Shown here: positions 31,101 through 40,900 of the stretch, in pieces
Layout of the letters: each line of letters begins with the position of its first letter
Numbering within the stretch: the stretch's first letter is position 1
Assembly (NCBI GenBank): GCA_031553315.1
Contig: JAVBLT010000007.1
Span: forward strand, 104,576 to 168,575
DNA: 64,000 nucleotides
Direction: 5' to 3'
DNA from: Kiritimatiellia bacterium
Lineage (GTDB): Bacteria > Verrucomicrobiota > Kiritimatiellia > RFP12 > DVOR01
The notes under the pieces: generated by a model
What the model was told of the DNA's origin: nothing
Database searches by the model: none
The model's input: only the letters and a program-made list of their open reading frames with translations
Translations under genes and position numbers: made by a program

Positions 31101-31386
31101 CGGCCGCATCATCGGCGTCCAGACCGCAGGCGGCGTCATCGCCACCCGCGACGTCCCCCTCCTCGACCTGGGCAACGTCCGCGAGCCCGGCCGCGGTTGG
31201 TTCCAGCCCGACGGCACCGACATGGAAACCATCGGCGCCATCCCCGACATCACCGTCTGGAACACCCCCCAGGACAACATCCTCGGCCACGACCGCCAGC
31301 TCCACACCGCCATCCGCGCCCTTCAGGAAGACATCGCCGCCTGGAAAGCCGCCCAAGCCCCCGCCACCCTCCACTACGCCCGATAA
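28117..31386 (+). CDS. tricorn protease homologue (beta-propellers + PDZ + S41 peptidase domain)
   Basis: ATG overlaps MsbA-like stop by 8 nt; signal peptide; TolB-like repeats (SPNGKTFAFQSNRNGG, SPDGKLLAF); C-terminal S41 block GIIIDVRNNTGG…VTVSNGEIF; 1089 aa. Confidence 0.75.
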   Translation: MLKTLLPLLLILPAALPAQRQPTPGEIYLGSRPAILPDGRRFIFEWADAIWIAPTTGGDATVLQTSAGKDVWPIISPNGKTFAFQSNRNGGPYQVFTANIDDPSPPTQVTHHSEGARPYAFTHDSTHLLCTVYRDHDITLNAPRAALIPITTRGPETILFNAPADNPALDPAATRLLFTREGDDIYRKRLRSQQASQIWHYSLTNQTFTPLVKEDTHARSPLWAPGSQSFYYTSGRTGTENLYRRDLATGADTQITFHTHDSVMQPTLSADGKTLIYRHLFHFYRIDPTQEKPTPTLIPLRPIWTIGTPLPTERRRYYTNCWNNDQDGDATFTHNGTEIAFTAGGDLYTMDTILRQPRLIHGDTRTHERECTFSADGSTLYYLSDHGDRVDLLKATPHDPTQYWWQNTQFNIQTLIADGATRQSLTLSPTGDRLAWTQPGWDIIIADLNGKEITRLAQKSTEAPHYDWSPCGKYIAAALADSYGNVDIWILSTDNATPPYNLTRHFNWDGNPRWSPDGKLLAFLGNRPDTGTGLFYVWLNKKDQDHLRDKTYDDALDHMRKEAPQKTAPQEKPKDDKAPEEKIQTTIDFDNLHTRIRHANLHGAKPSNIYFSHDSRTLIFHTTHNNRTGTHKIKLPDQTNPQFLTPRRGTPIQWLKKGDKLLWLTDRLPAQFETTYPFTTRQQTNIPDYQELAYLTAWRKIRDNYYDPAFHGADWPAIREKYRHAARHAPSPSIFTRIIHMMHGELNSSHLGYYMTDNSRREWERTASYQAWQPETNHLGLRFDPTHTGPGWRIAQIIPGGPADLGTLHITPGDIVLEIDGTPLTPRLDPTLILNAPAETTFTLTLQTHREPPRTLTVKGTSYTAIRDLLNTHNRRTARQTVETLSNGTIGYLTIDKMANDEYYRFEQDIFSNGFGKDGLIIDVRNNTGGFTADRILSILCGAAHSIAIARYGQPAYLAGYWGRPVWDKPIVILCSQVTVSNGEIFTHAIKNLKRGRIIGVQTAGGVIATRDVPLLDLGNVREPGRGWFQPDGTDMETIGAIPDITVWNTPQDNILGHDRQLHTAIRALQEDIAAWKAAQAPATLHYAR

Positions 31387-31415
31387 AACGAAGAGCCCCC
31401 ACCCTCCACCGCCTT

Positions 31416-31775
31416 ATGACCTCCACCCTCCTCAAAGCCAAGCTTCACCACATCCGCGTGACCCAGGCCGACCTCAACTACCAAGGCAGCCTCACCCTCG
31501 ACCAGAATTTCATCGACGCCGCCCGCCTCCACCCCTACGAAAAAATCCTCGTGGCAGACATGGAAAACGGCAACCGCTTCGAGACCTACATCATCCCCGG
31601 CGCCCCCGGCAGCCGCATCTGCTGCCTCAACGGCGCCGTCGCCCACCTCAGCGCCCCCGGCCACCGCCTCATCGTCATGATCTTCTGCGAGCTCACCCCC
31701 GAAGAGATCCCCGGCCACCGCCCCACCACCCTCCGCTTCGACGCCAACAACACCATCATCGCCGAAGCCTACTGA
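31416..31775 (+). CDS. panD: aspartate 1-decarboxylase
   Basis: MTSTLLKAKLHHIRVTQADLNYQGSLTLDQ…CLNGAVAH matches PanD (self-cleavage G-S, pyruvoyl enzyme); 119 aa. Confidence 0.85.
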   Translation: MTSTLLKAKLHHIRVTQADLNYQGSLTLDQNFIDAARLHPYEKILVADMENGNRFETYIIPGAPGSRICCLNGAVAHLSAPGHRLIVMIFCELTPEEIPGHRPTTLRFDANNTIIAEAY

Positions 31776-31943
31776 AACAGCCTCCACGGCTTCACACCCG
31801 CCGTAAACAATCTGCAAATCAAATCGACAGCGCCGCAGGAATCGGGTATACTTTTCCGTCACGATTTGATGGAAGCCTCTTTCTCTTCGCCCGCCCGGCG
31901 CGCGATCCGGCCGGCGTGGACCCCTCAACAATACACAGGGAGC

Positions 31944-32609
31944 ATGGTCATGAAACGTTTCATGTTGATTCCGGCATTGGTTTTCGCCTGCGTTTGCGGC
32001 GCGCAATCGGTCTCGCTCGTGGAGCTCACCGACATGTACGGCAACGAAGAGGTCTCGCTCATGGCCGCCGACGAGCTGCGCGCGCTCAAAGGCGAAATCC
32101 AGGCCGAAACGGCCGCCTTTCCCAAAGCCTTTTCCGCGGTGAAAAAGGAGTGGGAGGCACAGGCCAAAGCCAGCGAAGCGAAAGATTACCCCAAGTTTGC
32201 CGATCCCAAAATGTCGCCCCGCACGATCAAGACCAAAGGCCCGTTCAGCCAGAAACAGGGCGAAACGGAGCTCGAGAAGAAAAAAATCCGAATCGAGCGC
32301 GAGCACGCCGCCCGGGCCGAAGCCGAGAAGGAAAAAACCAAAGCCGCCAAAGCAAAGATCACCTCCGCCGCAACCGATAACAAAAAGGATAAAATGCAGG
32401 CGAAGGACGACATGCGCGAAGCCGTCAAAAAGCGCATCGGGGATATGATTGAGGCCGAAATGGAAAAGATGCTGGAGCGGCCCGTGCCCAAAATTTTCAT
32501 CGTCAACGCCGCCGCGGGCATGAGCGAAGAGCAGCAGAAGGAAAAAGAGAAGCAAGACGCCAGGCTCCAGGCCGCGCGCGACAAGGATAAGAATAAAGAC
32601 AGGAAGTAG
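31944..32609 (+). CDS. secreted Lys/Glu-rich coiled-coil protein of unknown function
   Basis: RBS acaggga; signal peptide MKRFMLIPALVFACVCGAQS; highly charged KE-rich low-complexity body; start 31944 or 31950. Confidence 0.45.
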   Translation: MVMKRFMLIPALVFACVCGAQSVSLVELTDMYGNEEVSLMAADELRALKGEIQAETAAFPKAFSAVKKEWEAQAKASEAKDYPKFADPKMSPRTIKTKGPFSQKQGETELEKKKIRIEREHAARAEAEKEKTKAAKAKITSAATDNKKDKMQAKDDMREAVKKRIGDMIEAEMEKMLERPVPKIFIVNAAAGMSEEQQKEKEKQDARLQAARDKDKNKDRK

Positions 32610-32617
32610 GAGTTTTC

Positions 32618-33925
32618 ATGGACGCACACATTCGCATTGCCTCCTGGTCGGCGAACCGCCCGGTTGCCGCCGTTGAGGAATTTCTCGCCCGCCCCGCCTT
32701 TGACCCCGCCGCCGAAAAGGCCGCCGCAACCGTGCTGGCCGATATCCGCGCGCGCGGCAACGCCGCCGTGATTGAAGCCGCCAAACGCTTCGACGCCGCC
32801 GACCTCGCCGCCGAATCGCTCAACGTTTCCCCCGAAACCCTCGCCGCCGCCGAAGCCGCCGTCTCCCCCAAAGTGCGCCGCGCCGTGGAACAGGCCTGCG
32901 AGCAGGTCAGGCGCTTTTCGGAAGCCGCCCTCCGCCCCGACTGGTCCATGGACACGCCCCACGGCGGCAAAATGGGCGAACGCTTTCTGCCGATGGACCG
33001 CGTCGGCGTCTACGTGCCCGGCGGCACCGCGCCGCTGGCCTCCACCGCGATCATGACGGTGGTCCTCGCCAAGGCCGCCGGCGTGCGGGAGATTGTGGCC
33101 TGCTCCCCCAGCCGCGAAGGGCGCGACGTGGATGCCGCCCTCCTCTTTGCCCTCAAGCTTGCCGGCGCCACCGAAGTGTACCGCGTGGGCGGCATTCAAA
33201 GCATCGGCCTCATGGCCTTCGGCACAGAGACCGTGCGCCCCGTGCAGCTCATCGCCGGCCCCGGCAACGCCTACGTGACCGCCGCCAAGCGCCAGGTCTA
33301 CGGCTTTACGGCCATCGACCAAGTGGCGGGCCCCAGCGAAATCGCCGTGCTGGCCGACGATTCCGCAAACCCCGAATGGGTCGCCGCCGACCTGCTTTCG
33401 CAGGCCGAACACGGCAGCGGCCACGAAAAATCCCTCCTGGTCACCACCTCCGCCGCATTGGCCGAAGGCGTGAAAGCCGCCGTGCTGCGGCAGATCCCGC
33501 ACCGTTCGCGCCGCGCGATCATCGAGCGGATGATCGCCGCCGGGGGCATGCTCTTCGCGGTCGTGCCGGATATGGATGCCGGCGTGGCGCTCTGCAACCG
33601 TTTTGCCGCCGAGCACCTGGAGCTGCATGTCGACGCGCCCAGCGCCATCCTCCAGCGCATCACCGCCGCCGGAGCCGTTTTCGTGGGCCCGTGGACGCCC
33701 GAATCGGCGGGCGATTTCGTGGCCGGCCCCAGCCATGTGCTCCCCACCGGAGGAGCCGCCAAAATGTTCTCCGGCCTCACGCCCGACACCTTCCGCCGCC
33801 GCAGCAGCTTTGTGGCCTTCACCCGCGAAGACCTCGCCGCCACCCGCGAAGCCATTGAAACCTTCGGCGAACTCGAAGGGCTCGACGCCCACGGCTATGC
33901 CGCGACCGTCCGCTTCGAGCGCTGA
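32618..33925 (+). CDS. hisD: histidinol dehydrogenase
   Basis: RBS aggaagtaggag; SQAEHGSGHEKS, GPGNAYV, FVGPWTPES HisD motifs; 435 aa. Confidence 0.9.
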   Translation: MDAHIRIASWSANRPVAAVEEFLARPAFDPAAEKAAATVLADIRARGNAAVIEAAKRFDAADLAAESLNVSPETLAAAEAAVSPKVRRAVEQACEQVRRFSEAALRPDWSMDTPHGGKMGERFLPMDRVGVYVPGGTAPLASTAIMTVVLAKAAGVREIVACSPSREGRDVDAALLFALKLAGATEVYRVGGIQSIGLMAFGTETVRPVQLIAGPGNAYVTAAKRQVYGFTAIDQVAGPSEIAVLADDSANPEWVAADLLSQAEHGSGHEKSLLVTTSAALAEGVKAAVLRQIPHRSRRAIIERMIAAGGMLFAVVPDMDAGVALCNRFAAEHLELHVDAPSAILQRITAAGAVFVGPWTPESAGDFVAGPSHVLPTGGAAKMFSGLTPDTFRRRSSFVAFTREDLAATREAIETFGELEGLDAHGYAATVRFER

Positions 33926-33933
33926 TTCCCGCC

Positions 33934-35694
33934 ATGCCCGCCTTTCCCGCGTATCACTGGCAGACCGTTGCGCAGCCCCCCGGGGCGGCGGTTGAACGCG
34001 TTGCCGCGCGCTTTGCGCTGTCACGCCCGGCGGCGGCGATTCTGCTGACCCGCGCGGGATCCGAAGAGGCGTGCGAGGCCTTTCTTTCGCCGGCGCTCTC
34101 GCGGCTGACAAGCCCCCGCGCGCTTCCGGGGGTCGACGCGGCCGCAGTCCGCATCGTGGCGGCGCTCCTGCGCAAGGAAACCATCACCGTCTTCGGCGAT
34201 TACGACGCCGACGGCGTGACCGCGACCGCGCTGATGGTCTCCGTGCTCAAACAGCTTGGCGCGACCGTCTTTCCCTTCATTCCCGACCGCGTGACCGAAG
34301 GCTACGGCCTGAGCGAAGCCGCCCTGGCGCGCTGCATCGCCAATACCCGCCCCCGCCTCCTCGTCACCGTCGATTGCGGCATCACCTCCGCCGAAACCTG
34401 CCGCGCTCTCGCCGCCAAAGGCATCGACGTCGTCCTCACCGACCACCACATGCCGGGCGAAACCCTCCCCGAAGCCTGCGCGCTCGTGAACCCCCGCGTG
34501 GCGGCCTCGCCCGGCGCCGAAGCGCTGTGCGGGTGCGGCGTGGCCTTCAAAGTGGCCTACGCGGTCGTGCGCTTCGCCGCCCTGGCGGGCATGGAAGCCG
34601 CCCGAAACATCCGCCTGCGATCAATGCTCGACCTCGTGGCCCTCGCAACCGTGGCCGACGTCGTGGAACTGACCGGTGAAAACCGCATCCTTGTGGCCGA
34701 AGGGCTCCGCCTCCTGAACCCGCCCGCCCGCCCCGGCTTCAAAGCCCTCGCCCGCCGCTGCTGCAAACCCGGCGGCGACGTGTCCAGCACCAGCCTCGCT
34801 TTCGGCCTCGGCCCCCGCCTCAACGCCGCCGGCCGCATGGGCCAGATCCGCACCGCCTACCGGCTACTCATCACAGAATCGCCCGAACAGGCCGAGGCCG
34901 ACGCCGAGGCCCTCGAAACCCACAACGCCGACCGCCGCGCCGTGGAGCAGCGCATGTTTGAACAGATCTGCGCCGAACACGCCCTCACCTCAGCCGCCTC
35001 CTGGGAAAAAGCCGCCATCGTCGCCGGCGGTCACGATTTCCACCCCGGCGTGGTCGGCGTGGTCGCCGCCAGGCTCATGGAGCGCGCCGGCGTGCCCGCC
35101 GCCGTCATCGTGCGCGACGCCCACGGCGGCGGCCACGGCTCCATGCGCGCCTTCGCCCCCTACCACGCCGTGGAAGCGCTCGAAGCCTGCCGCGAACTGC
35201 TCGAAGGCTTCGGCGGCCACCCCGCCGCCGCCGGCTTCACCATCAAAGCCGGCGGCTTCACCGCCTTTTGCGAAGCCCTCTGCGCCGCCTTCGCCCGCCA
35301 GACCGGCGCCGCCCCCCGCCCTTCCCCCGCCCTCATGGTCGACGCATGGCTCGACCCCAGCGACGTCTCCTGCTCGCTCTGCCGCGAGCTCCTCCGCCTC
35401 GAACCCTTCGGCGAAGGCAACCGCCGCCCCGTGCTCGCCCTGCGCGGCGTGGAAGTCGGCCACGCCCGCGCCGTCGGCGCCGAAGGGCGCCATGCCCAGC
35501 TTCGCTTCAACCTCGCCAACGGCGAAAGCGTGAAAGCCATCTGGTTCTCCGCCGCCGACCACCTGCCCGCCCTGCAAAACGGAGGACGCTTCGATGTGGC
35601 CTTTCACCTGGAAGAAGACGCCTTCACCGGCGAACCCGTGCCCTCGCTGTCTGTCAGCGCTCTCCGCGCCACCCCCGGAGAAACGCATGATTGA
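33934..35694 (+). CDS. recJ: single-stranded-DNA-specific exonuclease RecJ
   Basis: DHH motifs VFGDYDADGVTATAL, VTVDCGI, TDHH; DHHA1 GGGH; 586 aa. Confidence 0.9.
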   Translation: MPAFPAYHWQTVAQPPGAAVERVAARFALSRPAAAILLTRAGSEEACEAFLSPALSRLTSPRALPGVDAAAVRIVAALLRKETITVFGDYDADGVTATALMVSVLKQLGATVFPFIPDRVTEGYGLSEAALARCIANTRPRLLVTVDCGITSAETCRALAAKGIDVVLTDHHMPGETLPEACALVNPRVAASPGAEALCGCGVAFKVAYAVVRFAALAGMEAARNIRLRSMLDLVALATVADVVELTGENRILVAEGLRLLNPPARPGFKALARRCCKPGGDVSSTSLAFGLGPRLNAAGRMGQIRTAYRLLITESPEQAEADAEALETHNADRRAVEQRMFEQICAEHALTSAASWEKAAIVAGGHDFHPGVVGVVAARLMERAGVPAAVIVRDAHGGGHGSMRAFAPYHAVEALEACRELLEGFGGHPAAAGFTIKAGGFTAFCEALCAAFARQTGAAPRPSPALMVDAWLDPSDVSCSLCRELLRLEPFGEGNRRPVLALRGVEVGHARAVGAEGRHAQLRFNLANGESVKAIWFSAADHLPALQNGGRFDVAFHLEEDAFTGEPVPSLSVSALRATPGETHD

Positions 35695-36376
35695 CCGCGA
35701 CCTCGAACTCCTCCTCGGCCACATCTTCACCGACGCCTCCCTCCTCTCCGCCGCCCTCACCATGCCCTCCTGGCGCATGGATCACCCCGAAGCCAAAAGC
35801 GACAACCAGCGCCTCGAGTTCCTGGGCGACGCCGTGGTCGGCCTCCTCGCCGGCCAGCGCCTTTTCGAGCTTTACCCCGCCGCCTCCGAAGGCTGGCTCA
35901 CCCAAATGCGCAGCCGCCTCACCTCCGGCGACGCCCTGGGCGCGTGCGGCCAGGCGCTCAAGCTCGAGCGCTGGCTCCTGCGCGGCCGCGGCGAAGTGAT
36001 CGGCGGCCTGCGCCGAAAAGCCTTGGCCGACGCCGTCGAAGCCCTCTTCGCCGCCCTCTATCTCGATGGAGGCCTCGAAGCCGCCCGCGCGTTTTTCAAC
36101 ACCGTCTACCCCCCCGATCGCCTTGCCGGCCTTCTGCGCGAGCCCGAGGCCGCGCTCAACCCCAAAGGCGAGCTCATCCAATGGGCGCAAAGCCGCGCCC
36201 TGCCCCTGCCGGTCTACGAGCTCCTCGCCGTCGACGGAGCCCGGCACGCCCCCCGCTTCGAAGTCAAAGTGACCCTCGGCGCCGGCCTCGCCGAAAACGG
36301 CGAAGGCCCCTCCCGCCGCGCCGCCGAAGCCGAAGCCGCCGCCAAACTGCTCACCCGCATCAAGGAAACCCCATGA
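35687..36376 (+). CDS. rnc: ribonuclease III
   Basis: Overlaps recJ stop by 8 nt; RNase III signature [10 protein letters not shown]; C-terminal dsRBD; 229 aa. Confidence 0.9.
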   Translation: MIDRDLELLLGHIFTDASLLSAALTMPSWRMDHPEAKSDNQRLEFLGDAVVGLLAGQRLFELYPAASEGWLTQMRSRLTSGDALGACGQALKLERWLLRGRGEVIGGLRRKALADAVEALFAALYLDGGLEAARAFFNTVYPPDRLAGLLREPEAALNPKGELIQWAQSRALPLPVYELLAVDGARHAPRFEVKVTLGAGLAENGEGPSRRAAEAEAAAKLLTRIKETP

Positions 36377-37257
36377 ACCCCGACGCCTCCCCCACCGATT
36401 ATGCCTTGCTCGACAGCGGCGACGGCGCGAAACTCGAGCGTTTCGGCCGCTATGTGCTCAGCCGCCCCTGCGCCCAGGCCGTTTGGCGCCCCCAGCGCAA
36501 CCCCGAATTCTGGCGCCAGGCCCATGCCGCCTTCGACCGCGAAGAAGGCAACCGCTGGCACGGCCGCGCCCGCCTGCCCGAAACGTGGGAAATCCAGGTC
36601 GAAGGCATCCGTTTCAACCTCTCGGGGACCGACTTCGGCCACCTGGGCCTATTCCCCGAACAGCGCGCCCAATGGGCCTGGATTCAAAAGACCATCGGCG
36701 CCGCCCGCGCGAAAAACCGCCCCGTGCGCGTGCTCAACCTCTTCGCCTACTCCGGCGGCTCCACGCTCGCCTCGGCCCTCGCCGGCGCCGAAGTGTGCCA
36801 TGTCGACGCTTCCAAAGGCATGATCCAGTGGGCCCGCGACAACGCCGCCGCCAACGGCCTCGCCGATCACCCCATCCGCTGGATCGTCGACGACGCTCAC
36901 CAGTTCATGAACCGCGAGCTCCGCCGCGACAAACGCTACGACGGCATCATCCTCGACCCCCCCACCTTCGGCCGCGGCCGCCAGGGCGAGCTCTATAAAA
37001 TCGAGCGCGACCTCCCCGAAACCCTCCGCCTCTGCCGCGCCCTCCTCACCGATTCACCCCTCTTCATGCTCCTGAGCGCCCACACCCCCGGCTACTCCCC
37101 CGTGGTCATGGAAAACGTGCTCAGGCAAGGCCTCGCCGGCCTCGGCGGCGCCTTCACCCCCGGCGAAATGCTCCTCACCGGCGATCCCGATGCGTTCCCC
37201 CTCCCCAGCGGCGCCTTCGTGCGCTGGGAAAAAGAAAAAGGAAACGGCCATGGCTAA
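36373..37257 (+). CDS. class I SAM-dependent RNA methyltransferase (RlmI/RlmK-like)
   Basis: ATGA overlap with rnc; [19 protein letters not shown]-binding, ILDPPTF catalytic motif; 294 aa. Confidence 0.7.
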   Translation: MNPDASPTDYALLDSGDGAKLERFGRYVLSRPCAQAVWRPQRNPEFWRQAHAAFDREEGNRWHGRARLPETWEIQVEGIRFNLSGTDFGHLGLFPEQRAQWAWIQKTIGAARAKNRPVRVLNLFAYSGGSTLASALAGAEVCHVDASKGMIQWARDNAAANGLADHPIRWIVDDAHQFMNRELRRDKRYDGIILDPPTFGRGRQGELYKIERDLPETLRLCRALLTDSPLFMLLSAHTPGYSPVVMENVLRQGLAGLGGAFTPGEMLLTGDPDAFPLPSGAFVRWEKEKGNGHG

Positions 37258-37873
37258 CCCACCCCTGCGCCTGGGCGTGCTCGGATCCGGCAGCGGATCC
37301 AACATGCAGGCCATCGTCGAAGCCATCCAAAACGGCTCACTCAACGCGACCATCGAGCTTGTGCTCACCGATGTGCCCGGCGCCGGCATCCTCGACCGCG
37401 CCGCGCGCCACGGCATCAAAGCCCAATGGATCGATTGCGCCCCCTTCCGCACCAAGCTCGACGGCGAGGCCGAAACCCGCTGCATCGACCTGCTGCGCCA
37501 ACACGGGGTCGACGCCATCGCGCTGGCCGGCTTCATGCGCATCGTCAAGCCCGGCCTCCTTGCCGCCTTCCCCGACCGCGTGCTCAACATCCACCCCGCC
37601 CTCCTGCCCGCCTTCCCCGGCGTAGCCGCCTGGAAGCAGGCCCTGGCCTACGGAGCCAAAATCGCCGGCTGCACCGTACACTTTGTCGACGCGGGAACCG
37701 ATACCGGCCCCATCATCATCCAGCGCCCCGTGCCCGTGCTGGAGGGCGACTCCCCCGAAACCCTCCACGCCCGCATTCAGGCCGAAGAGCACCTCGCCTA
37801 TCCCGAAGCCCTGCGGCTGTTGGCCGCCGGCCGCCTCCGAGTGGAGGGGCGGGTTGTGAAAATTAAAAAATGA
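37250..37873 (+). CDS. purN: phosphoribosylglycinamide formyltransferase
   Basis: Overlaps upstream gene by 8 nt; [28 protein letters not shown] PurN motifs; 207 aa. Confidence 0.9.
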   Translation: MANPPLRLGVLGSGSGSNMQAIVEAIQNGSLNATIELVLTDVPGAGILDRAARHGIKAQWIDCAPFRTKLDGEAETRCIDLLRQHGVDAIALAGFMRIVKPGLLAAFPDRVLNIHPALLPAFPGVAAWKQALAYGAKIAGCTVHFVDAGTDTGPIIIQRPVPVLEGDSPETLHARIQAEEHLAYPEALRLLAAGRLRVEGRVVKIKK

Positions 37874-37984
37874 AAAACATGCTTACAAATAACAAGGTTT
37901 TTCTTGTCACTTTTTTATGAGATGTGTTATTTTGTCTCCAGTAGGAAACTGGTTTAGCGAATAAAATTCAACCGAGGTGTTCAA

Positions 37985-40900
37985 ATGACACGAAACCGAA
38001 CAAAAAACCGGGCCTTGAGCCCGTTCGCATTGATTTTAACAGGGTGCCTTTCGCCTGTCTTCGCCGCCGACGCTCCCCTTGTGCTTGACAACGGCATCCC
38101 CGCCCACTCGAACTACACAGCGATCGATTCCGGCGCCGTCAACCGCGGAGCCGTCTCCGCCGCCGAAAACGTGTGGGTCAACTTCACCGGCGAAGGCGAG
38201 ATCAGCGGCGCCATCACAGCCGCCGACGCGGAGACCCGCTACCATGTGAAGCTGACGGCGGGCACGATGACCGGCAACGACGGCGCCACCTTTGCCGTGA
38301 ACAACGCCTGGCAGGCGCAGATCAGGCAACCCGTCACCGCCGCGTCGCTTTGGATTCACAACGGCCGCGTTCCCCTAAAATCGAAAACCGCCCTGGACAC
38401 TGTCGGCACCGTGTACGTGGCCGGCGGCCAGCTTTGGTTCGACGGCGACGGCGCCGACGCCGCCATCAACGCCATCGTCGTGGGAACCTCCAACTATTCC
38501 GGCGACAGCGCCAACAATTACAACAAAGCCGCCATCCGCATGGATGCCAACGCCTCCGTGACCGGCCTCACCTCCGTGATTTCCCCCGCCAGGTTTACAT
38601 TTTCCAACGGCAAGACCCTGACCCTCGCCTCGCTCGGCGGCAGCGGCGATTTGGAGCTTAAAAACTACACGCAGAGCAAAACGGGCGGGTTTCTCAAAAT
38701 CAACGCCAGTTCCGAATATACCGGCACAATCACCATTCAAAACAACGGCCTGGAATTCGGCGGCGCCGTAACCGGCCTCCCCCGGCTGATCATGGCGCAA
38801 GACCCGGCCATGCCCGAGAAAACCGTCACCCTCAAGCTCAACGCCCCCGCCACGCTGGCCCCCGGCACCGCCTTCAACTCCGGCATCATCGATCTCAGCG
38901 CCGCGCCGCTCTCCGACACCGCCGCCGCGATCACAATCCCCGACGCCACAGTGACCTTCGCGCACGGGCTCACGATCAACCTCGGCACAGGCCGCCCCGC
39001 CAACGCCACGTTTCGCGTGTTCGGCGTCGCCGACGGCGCCGATTACGCCGCCGCGTTCGAGAAGATCAACGTCACCCTCAACGGGCGCAGCGCCTTCATC
39101 AACCCCGCCGGCTACGTGACCGGATATCCCGACATCCGCTCCGCCAACAGCTTCGAGACCCAGGTCGTACACACCGGCCAGGATCTCTGGGTCAACGTTT
39201 CCGTGAACGGCGGCGCAATCAAGGCCGGCATCGACGCCGCCGGGCACAATCTGAAAATCACCAGCGGCACCCTCACGGGAACCCCGCCCGATCCCTCCAC
39301 GTATTCCCCCCAAAACGGGTCGACCAAACTGCTCAACGGCCCCATCTCCGCCGCCTCGCTTTCCATCGAAAGCGGCCGCCTCTCGCCCAACGCCACCGGC
39401 CTCCTCGCCAACGCCGGCACCGTTTACCTCAACGGCGGCCACATCTACCCCGCCGGAGGCGAAACCTTCGCCAACGATTTCGTCTTCAACACAGCGAGCT
39501 ACACCGAAGGCAACTCCTACGGCGGCTCTGTGTACCGCGTGGACTCCGCCACCGCCTTCAACGGCTCCGCCACCATCCGCACCGGCTCCGAGTTTTGCTT
39601 TGGCGGCAGCGGCATGCTGAGCTTCGCCAACCTGCGCGGAGCGGGCAACGTGATCCTTGATCTCTATGGCGGCACAGGTCATATCCTCACCGTCGACAAT
39701 ACCGACGACTACACCGGCACGATCCTGATGAACAACGCCCAGATCTCGCTCAAGCTTGCCGCCGGCCGCGCCGCCGCCCCCAGGTTCACCCTCACCGCCG
39801 GTTCCTTCATCCCTCAGATGCCCGTGACCCTGCGCGCGGGAACAGCCCTCACCTCCGGCACGGTCGATTTCAGCGGCGTGACGCTGAACGCCGCCACCCC
39901 CGCCATGACCATTCCCGCCGGAGCCGCCGTTTCAGTCGGAGCGGGCGTCGCCTTCCAAATGGGTGCGAACTATTCATTCCCCGTGACTCTGAAACTGTTT
40001 GAGGGCCCCGCTCCCGCCGGGTGGAATCCCCAGACCGCCACCGTGCTGATGGGAGCGGTGGCGCCCACGGCCCGCACCGTCAATGCCGACGGCTCCATCA
40101 CCTTCGACATCGAGCTCCAGCCCATCGCCTTCACCACCCCCTCCGCCGACTGGGAGGCCAAAACCTTCCCCGCGGGAACGCTTGAATCCATTGTCCCCGC
40201 CGGCGCATCCGTGGGCTTCGGCACGCAGCCGGCGTTTGTGCAGACGCTCGGCGGCAAAGCGTCGACCGTCGTCAACGTCACCGGCGGCGGCGATTCCGCG
40301 GCCAACATCTACGGGATGTACGGCCGCGCCACACCCCCCGCCGCCTTTGAAAGAGATGTGTGGCTCGCCGTGACCGGCGGCACCTTCCTGCGCGTGGTCG
40401 GCGGCGCTGAAAGCGAGTGGACGAGCAACGCCTCGGGCTCCATCACGGGCGATATCCTTGTGGAAATGCGCGGAACCTCCAAAGCCGGCGCCCTTATCGG
40501 CGGTTTTCAGGAAAGCGCCTTCGCCACCCGCTTCATCACCGGCAATATCGGCGTGGTGCTGGGCGAGGAGGCCCTCGTTTCCGGTTCCGTCATCGGGTTC
40601 GCGAACAGCGCCCACAGCCAGACCTCCACGCTGAACGGCAATACCGCCGTGCTCGTTAAAAACGTGCAGAGCGACACCAATTACGCCTCCGCCACCGCCC
40701 CCGCCAACACCGCCGCCGGCTGGATCGTCGGCGGAGGCATGTGGAGCACCGCCAATGCGGGCTCGGGCGCCGTCGTCAACGGCAACACGGCTGTGGCGGT
40801 CGATATTCCCGAAGGAAAAACCGGCATATTCCGCAAAGCGCTCGTGGGCGGCAGCCACTCGGTCAACCTCGGCGCCGCGCCCTTCACGGTCAGCGGCTCC

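Noticed and set aside
28251-31775. 1174-aa plus-strand ORF in an alternate frame of the tricorn gene
   Set aside because: An Arg/Pro/His-rich shadow frame. Only its last 120 codons (31416-31775) are real and correspond to panD, which has its own ATG.
37874-37984. Possible hairpin AAAAC…GTTTT after purN
   Set aside because: The arms do not pair beyond 5 bp. The region is better explained as the AT-rich promoter/RBS region of the downstream surface-protein gene.
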